Shown here: piece by piece, positions 9,394 through 18,300 of the stretch | Numbering within the stretch: position 1 is the stretch's first letter | How the letters are laid out: each line of letters begins with the position of its first letter | Assembly (NCBI GenBank): GCA_029210695.1 | Contig: JARGFH010000033.1 | Coordinates: 1-42,107, forward strand | DNA length: 42,107 bases | Reading direction: 5' to 3' | DNA from: Acidimicrobiia bacterium | Lineage (GTDB): Bacteria; Actinomycetota; Acidimicrobiia; Spongiisociales; JAHEDJ01 | Program-made: the position numbers and the translations under genes | Notes under the pieces: generated by a model | Database searches by the model: none | What the model saw: the letters and a program-made list of their open reading frames with translations, nothing else | What the model was told of the DNA's origin: nothing

Positions 9394-12300
9394 CTACTCG
9401 CTCCCCCACCACATATTCGGCTTGGGGGTTTGGTGGGACGGGCGGGTGGCCTTGCCACAGCCGGCTACCTGCGGCAGGATGGCCGATCGTTCCTGGCGAC
9501 GACCGGCCCGCATCACGATGGCAAGCCCGAGCGCCAGCAGAATGCCGGCAAACAGCACCAGAGCGTCACTGTCCATACCCGTTCTAGCGAGGGTCGCAGG
9601 CACCGTGTCGCCGTTGTCAAGGCTGGCGAGCGCCGGTGGTAGAACATCGATGAACACCGTGTAGATGGCGCAGGCGCCGAGGTCATCACATGCCTCGATC
9701 GTGAGGGTCAGGAGCGCCGTAACTGAGGTCCTGCCCGCGAACGTGCCGTCCGGGTTCATGGTGATGCCGGCCGGGAGTGCGCCGGACAGGATCACGAGAC
9801 GGTAGCTGTTGCCCTCGGAGTCGAACGATCCGAGCGCCGGCAGCGAGTCGCCCACCGTCACCCTGATGTCGGTGGTGGTGACTACCGGTGCGTCGTTCAC
9901 CGCAGATACGGTGATCGTCACGGCGGCCGTTGCGCATTGGCCGACCGCGTCGCACACCGTGTAGTTGATCAAGTCGATGCCGGAGAAGCCTGCTTTCGGG
10001 GTATAGGTGACGGTTCCGTCTGCGTTGATTGCCACGGACCCGTTGGCCGGTTGCGACAACGAAGTGATCGTCAGCGGCTCGCCTTCCGGATCCGAGTCGT
10101 TCGAAACCACCGGAATCGTCACCGCCGTGTCCTCGGCGGTCTCCGCCTCGTCGTCGACCGCCACCGGCGGGTCGTTTACATCGGTGAATCCGAAGTCGAT
10201 GCCACCAACGGTCGAGCCGGGACCAACCAACATCAGGGCAGCGGCATCGGAACCACCGTCGATGTCGAAGGTCGGAACCAGGCCGGCGGGCAGCGTCGAA
10301 GTATCGACGCTCACCCTGCAGAACCCGGGAGGAACGTCGGTCGCCAGGTACGGGCTACCCGTGAAGGCCGACGGCAGCTCAATGTCGTCAGTGGTACCGA
10401 CGATCCCATCGGCGCCGGCGCAGGTGAACTCGATCGCGATATTCGAGAGGTCGAACTCACCTGAGTCGAACAATCCGTCACCGTCGACGTCCATCCAGAC
10501 AACCCCGCTGATCCGACCGAGCTGGGCAACGGCCACCGTCACCCCGGCCGTGTCGCAGGAGTCCGAGGTGTCACACACCGTGTAGGTGAACGTGTCGACA
10601 CCCTCGAAGGCGGGATCGGGTGTGTACGTGATGGTGCCGTCGGCGTTGATTGTGATCACACCGTCGGCCGGCGACGTGGCCGAGGTCACCGAGAGGGTGT
10701 CCCCATCGATGTCCGAATCGTTGGCCAGCACCGGAATCGTCACCGGACCCTCGGTGGCGATGGTGTCATCTACAGCCACGGGTCCATCGTTGGCCGGAGT
10801 GATGATCACCGATACCGTCGCCGTGGCGCAGGCGTCCGACGGGTCGCACACCGTGTATGTGAATGCGTCGGTGCCGTTGAAATCGGGGGCGGGTGTGTAG
10901 GTGATCGTGCCGTCCGCGTTTATCCCGATCGTGCCGTTGGCCGGTGCCGTCACCGATGTCACCGTGAGCGTGTCTCCCTCGGGATCGGAATCGTTGCCGA
11001 GCAGGATGATCGTGACCGGGGTGTCCTCATCGGTCGTCACCAGATCGTTCACTACCACCGGAGCGTCGTTGACCGGAGCCACCGTGACGACGGCAGTCGT
11101 CGTAGCGCAGGCGCCGGACGGGTCGCAAGCTTCGTAGTCAAATGTGTCGGTGCCCGAGAAGTTGGCCTCCGGAGCGTACGTGACCGTTCCATCACCGTTG
11201 ACGGTGACGGCTCCGTTGGCGGGCGGCGTCACGATGTTGACGGCCAGCGAGTCGCCGTCTGGGTCGGAGTCGTTGCCGAGCACAGTGATCGTGACGGGTG
11301 TGCCCTCATCGGTTGCGGCTGAGTCGGGTGCCACAACCGGGGGGTCGTTCACGGGCAGGACGTCGATCTCGACGGTCGCCGCTGCGCACAGCTGCGGGGT
11401 GCCGGCATCACAGACGGTGTATATGAATGAGTCGTTTCCGAAGAAACCGGGGTCGGGCGTGTAGGTGACGGCGCCGGTCACCGGGTCGAGTGTGATCGTC
11501 CCGTTGATCGGGTTGGTCCAGGAGTCGACCGTCAGGGTGTCACCCTCGGGATCGGTGTCGTTGGCCAGGACGTTGAATGAGATCGGCGTGTCCTCGTCGG
11601 TGACCGGCGTCTCGTTGATCGCCACCGGCGGGTCGTTGACCGGGGTGACGTCGATGGTGACGAGGCCCGTGTCACACAGACCATCGGGATCACACACCGT
11701 ATAGGTGAACGTGTCGGTTCCGAAGAAGTCGGCGTTCGGGGTGTAAGCGACCNNNNTGTCACACAGACCATCGGGATCACACACCGTATAGGTGAACGTG
11801 TCGGTTCCGAAGAAGTCGGCGTTCGGGGTGTAAGCGACCGTCCCATCGGGGTTGACCGCCACCGAGCCGTTGGCAGGCTGCGTCACCGAATCCACCGTCA
11901 ACAGGTCCCCATCGGGATCACCGTCGTTGTCCAACACCGGAATCGTCACCGGAGTGTCCTCACCGGTCGTGGCCGGGTCATCGGTCGCTTGCGGAGCATC
12001 GTTGATCGAGTTGACCGTCACCGTCACCGTCGCCTCGTTCGAGGTCAAACCGTCGAAGTCGTCGACCGTATAGGTGAACGTGTCGGTGCCCCACCAACCG
12101 GCCGCCGGCATGTAGAGAACCGTCCCATCGGCATAGACCACGAGCGTGCCGTCGGCCGGACCAGAAGTCACCACCACCGTGGCCGGGTCGACGATGACGT
12201 CCTCGAGATCGGAATCGTTTCCGACCAGGTTGACCACCACCGCAACATCCTCATCCGTCGTCGCCAGGTCATCGCCCGCCACCGGAGCGTCGTTGACCGG

Positions 12301-15300
12301 GGTGACCGTGACGGCCACTGTGGCGGTGGCGCATTCGGCGGGAATCCCGTCGTCGCACGCTGCGTAGGTGAACGTGTCGGTTCCGAAGAAGTCGGCGTTC
12401 GGGGTGTAAGCGACCGTCCCATCGGGGTTGACCGCCACCGAGCCGTTGGCCGGCTGCGTCACCGAATCCACCGTCAACGAATCACCATCGGGATCGATGT
12501 CGTTGTCCAACACCGGAATCGTCACCGGAGCATCCTCACCGGTCGTGGCCGGATCATCGACCGGGACGGGCGGCGTGTTGTCGGTGACGAGGATGGTGAC
12601 CGTTGCGGTATCGCAGGCGCCGTCATCATCACAGACCTCGTACTCGAACGTGTCGGTGCCGGCGAATCCTGCCACCGGTGTGTAGGTGATGGTGCCGCCG
12701 GCATTGACGACGAGCGAACCGTTGGCCGGCTCGAAGAGGCCGTTCACACCATCGCCCACGGTGACGCTCGCCTCAACGAGCGTCCCGTCGACATCGGAGT
12801 CGTTCGCCAGCACGTCGACGGTGATCGAGAACGTGCCACCCTCTTCGACCGAAGCCGCGTCGTCGTTGGCGACCGGAGGATCGTTGACATCGTTGACCGT
12901 GACCGTCACGGTGGCCTGATCGCAGGCGAGGTCGGCGTCGCAAACCTCATACACGAAGGCATCTGCGCCGAAGAAGTCGGCCTCCGGGGTGTAGTCGACG
13001 CTGCCGTCGACATTGACGCCTACCGAACCGCGGGCAGGTTGGCTGACGATGGTCGTAGTCAGTGCGTCGCCATCGGGGTCGGTGTCGTTGCCCTGCACGG
13101 CGATGGTCACCGGTGTGTCCTCATCCGTTGTGGCCGAGTCATCTGAGGCCTCAGGAACATCGTTCACCGAGTTCACTGTGATCGTCACGATGGCAACATT
13201 CGAGACGGCACCGTCGTCATCGAGAACCGTATAGGTGAACGAGTCGGTGCCCCAGAAACCGGGGTTCGGCGTGTACTCGACCGACCCGTCTGAGTTGATC
13301 GCCGTGATCGTGCCGTTGGCCGGGACGTCGACAACCACCACGCTGGCCGGGTCAACGGCACCGTCGAGATCCGCATCGTTTACATCGAGATCGACCGCGA
13401 CGGGCACGTCCTCGTCGGTGGTGGTGGCGTCATCGTTGGCGACCGGAGGATCGTTGACGTCGTTGACCGTCACCGTGACGGTCGCCGTGTCGCACAACCC
13501 GAGCGGATCGCACACCGTATAGGTGAAGGAGTCGGCGCCCCAGAAGTCGGCGTCCGGGGTATAGGTGATAGTCCCATCGGGGTTGATGGCCGCGCCGCCG
13601 TTCGTGGGCGTACCTACCGCGGCGGTTGTCAGCGCATCTCCATCCGGGTCGTCGTCGTTGCCCTGTACAGAGATCACGACTGCCGTGTCCTCGTCGGTCG
13701 TCTCCGTGTCGTCGATGGCATCGGGAGCATCGTTGATCGAGTTGACGATCACCGTGACGGTGGCAGTGTCACACAGGCCGGTGTTGTCACAGATCTCGTA
13801 GGTGAACGTGTCGGTCCCGAAGAAGTCGCCGTTCGGGGCATAGGTGATCGTGCCATCGGCGTTGACGGTGGCGATACCGTCGGCAGGATCGGTGAGGAGA
13901 GCCAGTGTGGACGGATCCAGGTTGCCCTCAGCGTCGGAATCGTTGGCGAGCACCGGGACGGTGACCGCGACGTCTTCGTCGGTGGTTCCGGCGTCGTCGC
14001 GGGCCACCGGGGCATCCTCGACCGCGCTCACCGTGACCGTGACGGTGGCAGTGTCACACAGGCCGGTGTTGTCGCAGATCTCGTAGGTGAAGGTGTCGGT
14101 TCCGAAGAAGTCGCCGTTCGGGGCATAGGTGATCGTGCCATCCGCGTTGACGGTGGCGATACCGCTGGCGGGTGGCGAGTCGACGGTGACGGCGGTCGGG
14201 TCGAGGTCGCCGTCGATATCGAAGTCGTTTGAAACCACCTCGATCATGACCGGCGTGTCCTCGAAGGTCGTTGTCGAGTCGTCGGTTGCCTGGGGCGCGT
14301 CGCCGGTCCCGATCACCGTGATGGTGACGGTTGCCGTGTCGACACCGCCGCGGCCGTCGGAGATCTCGTAGGTGAACGTGTCGTCTGCCGGCACCCCCGG
14401 CGGCAGGGCGGCATAGGCTCCGGCCGGGTCGTAGTCGAACGAACCGTTGGAGTTCACGGTCACTGTGCCCGCCGTACCGGTGGTGTCGATGGTGGCAACA
14501 GTGGGAAGATCGCCGTCGATGTCGGCGTCGTTGGCGAGCACACCGGGGGCCGCGACGTTGAGCACCGTGTCGGCGTTGGTGCTGTAAGCATCGCCTACTG
14601 CGTCGGGGGCGTCGTTGATCGGGTCGACGGTCACCGTCACGGTGGCGGTGGCGGTGCCACCGTTTCCGTCGGAGATCTCATAGATGAAGGTGTCGACGCC
14701 ACTGAAGTCGGCGTCTGGTGTGTAGGTCACCGTGCCGTCGGCGTTGACGACCGCAGACCCGGTGGCCGGGTCGGACACCGAGGCGACGACCAGGCCGTCG
14801 CCGTCGACGTCCGAGTCGTTGGCGAGCACGGTGATCGTGACCGGCACATCCTCGTCGGTGGTCGCCGGGTCATCCACCGCCACCGGAGCGTCGTTGGACC
14901 CAACGACTGTGATAGTAACGGTCGCCTGCGCGCAGTCGCCGTCGACATCGCACACCTCGTAGATGAAGGTGTCCGTGCCTGCAAAGTCGGGATCGGGCGT
15001 GTAGTCGTAGGTTCCGTCGGAGCTCAGGGCGAGGGTCCCGCCCGCCACGTCGGCAATCAAGGTGACCGTGATCCCGCCGTCGCCCAGACCGGTATCGTTG
15101 CCCAGAACATTCCCGGATACAGGACCGCCGTCTTCCGGAACGGAGTTCGTGTCGTCGACCGCCAGCGGCAGGTCATCGACCGGGGTGACCGTGATGGTCA
15201 CCGTGGCCGGCGCCGACACGACTCGATCGTCGTCTGCGACGGTATACGTGAAGGTGTCGGTGCCGAAGAAGTCGGGATCCGGGGTATAGGTGATCTCGCC

Positions 15301-18300
15301 CGTGATCGGATCTACCGCGACGGTCCCGTTGGTTGGTGGGCCGTCGATGGCGACCGTGGTCGGGTCGACCGTCCCGTCGATGTCGGTGTCGTTAGCGACC
15401 ACGTCGACCGTCACCGGCGCATCTTCCGGGGTCGTGGCGCTGTCGTCGACGGCGGTCGGCGGGATGTCGGGCACGATGGTGATCGTCACCATGGCAGTGT
15501 CACACTCAACCGGCGTGCCGTTGTCGCACACCTCGTACTCGTAGACATCGATCCCGGTGAAGCCGGCATTCGGGTTGTAGGTGACCGTTCCGTCGAGATT
15601 GACGGTCACCCAACCGTTGAGAGGTTCGAGAAGGCCGTTGACGCCGTTGCCGACCGTCACCGTGGTCGGATCGATCAGCCCGTCGAGGTCGGTGTCGTTT
15701 CCGAGTACACCGGTCGAGACGGCCACGTCCTGGCCGGTGATGTCGAAATCGTCGGCGGCGATCGGCGCATCGTTGACCGGGTCCACCGTGATCGTCACCG
15801 TGGCGGTAGCAGTGCCGCCGTTGCCGTCGGAAATCGTGTAGTCGAAGGAATCCGTCCCGTTGAAATCGGCGTCCGGGGCGTAGGTGATCGTCCCGTCCGC
15901 GTTGATCGTCACCGACCCGTTCGCCGGGGTCGTCGCCGACACCACGGCGAGCGGGTCGCCGTCGACATCGGAATCATTGCCCAGGACGGCGATGACGACG
16001 TCCAGATCCTCATCGGTGGTCACCGAGTCGTCGACTGCGGTCGGGTCGTCGTTGACCGGGGTGATCGTGATGAGAACGGTCGCCACGTTCGAGATCAGGC
16101 CGTCGGAATCGGTCACGGTATAGGTGAACGAATCGGTGGTGGTCTCCGAACCGTTGTGAACATAGGAGAACGTGCCATCCGGGTTCAGGGTGAGCACACC
16201 GTTGGCCGGTCCGGTCACCAGCGCCACCGACCCGGCCGGCACGCCGTCCTCGACATCGGTGTCGTTGGCCTGCACCGTGGTCGCCGCGCTGTCGAGCACC
16301 ACCACCGTGCCCCCCTCCGCCACCGTGACCGTATCGTCGACAGCCACCGGCGCGTCGTTGACCGCGCCCACCGTGATCGTCACCGTCGCAGTGTCGCAGG
16401 CGCCGTTGATATCGCAGGCCTCGTAGGTGAACGAGTCGCTCCCGTTGGAGTTGGCGTCGGGTGTGTAGGTGAATGATCCGTCGCTGTTGAGGGCCAGGGT
16501 CCCGTCGGCGGGTGATGTGGTGACGGTGAGCGTGTCGAGTCCGTCACCGAGGTCGTCGTTGGCCAGGACGCCGGGGCCGGGAATCACCAGGGCGGTGTCC
16601 TCGTCGGTCGAGTAGGTGTCGTCAACCAGGTCGGGGGTAGGCACCACCGTGATCGTGACGGTTGCCTGGTCACAGGCACCGATCGTGTCGCAGATCTCGT
16701 AGGTGAAGGCGTCGATTCCGTTGAAGTCCGGGTCCGGGGTGTAGGTGAACGTTCCGTCGCCGTTGTTCTGGAGGGCCCCGTTGGCGGGGCCGGACAACAC
16801 CGCGGCCGTGGTCGGGTCGAGGTTGCCATCGACGTCGGTGTCGTTGGCTGCAGCATCGATCGTGACCGGCGTGTCCTCCGGAGTGGTCGCCGGATCGTCG
16901 CCGGCTACCGGTGGGTCGTTGGCTTCGACCACGGTGACCGTGACGGTGGCCGTGGCGGTCCCGCCGTTGCCGTCTGAGACGGTGTAGGTGAAGGTGTCAT
17001 CGCCGTTGAAATCGGCGGCGGGTGTGTAGGTCAGAGATCCATCGGCATTCACCGTCACGATTCCGTTGGCCGGTTGCGTGTATGAGTCGACGACCAGCGT
17101 GTCGCCGTCGATGTCGGAGTCGTTGCCGAGGACGCCGTCGGCAGGCACGCTGAGGGGTGTGTCTTCGGTCGTCGAGTATGCGTCGTCGACCGCCGCCGGG
17201 GTGTCGTTCACGCCATCGATGTTGACGGTCACGGTGGCCGTCGACGTGTCTCCGTCGGCATCGGTGATCGTGTACGTGAAGGTATCGGTCACCGTCTCTC
17301 CGACTGCCAGTCTCTCAAACCGGCCGTCCGGGTCGTAGGACACGGTGCCGTCCGCCGCCACCGACACCACACCGAGGGTACCGGTGGTGTCGAAGGCGGT
17401 GACGGTGGCGGGGGCGTCGCCCTGATCGTCGTTCGTCAGCACCGACACGGCAAAGGTGGCCGGCGTGTCCTCGTCGGTCGTGTAAGTGTCATCGACCGCG
17501 TCGGGACCGGCGTCGACCGTGATCGTAACCTGCGCCGCATCGAAGCCAAGGTTGCCGTCGCTGAGGGTGTACCAGAAGGTGTCGGTGCCGGAGAAGTCCG
17601 AGTTCGGGGTGTAGTCGAACGTCCCGTTTGTATTGAGTGTGAGTGTGCCGTTCGACACGTCGGAGAGGAGCGCAACCGAGAGAGGATCACCATCAACATC
17701 GAAGTCAACTCCGGCGCCGGTGTCGTCGGTGAGGATGTTCCCCGCCACGGGGGTGTCCTCTTCAGTGAGGTAGACGCCATCTGTGGCGACCGGTGCGTCG
17801 TTGACGGGATCGACGGCAATGGTGACCGTCGCAGTTGCGGTGCCGCCGTTGCCGTCTGAAATCGTGTAGTCGAAGGTGTCCGTCCCGTTGAAATCGGCGT
17901 CGGGGGTGTACGTCAGAGATCCATCCGCGCTCACCGAAACCGACCCATTGGGGGGTTGGGTGTATGAGTCAACCAGCAGAGGATCCCCGTCGACGTCTGA
18001 GTCGTTTCCGAGAACTCCCGGCACCGGCAGGGTAAGCGCCGTGTCTTCGTTGGTCGAATACGAGTCATCGACTGCCACCGGGTCGTCGTTGACCGGGTCG
18101 ACGGTGATCGTGACCGTGGCCGTATCGGCACCGCCGTTGCCATCAGCGATGTCGTAGGTGAACGTATCGACGCCGTTGAAGTTGGCGGCCGGTGTGTAGC
18201 CGAATGATCCGTCGGCGTTCCAGGTGACGGTACCGGTGGTGCCCGTCACATCGATCCCGGTCACAGTGAGCGGGTCGCTCTCGCCGTCGGTGTCGTTGTC

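Noticed and set aside
11670..11839. 83-bp exact tandem duplication around NNNN (11753-11756)
   Set aside because: Identical sequence on both sides of a gap is the signature of unmerged contig overlap. Removing 87 nt keeps the frame and restores a normal repeat, so it is most likely an assembly artefact.
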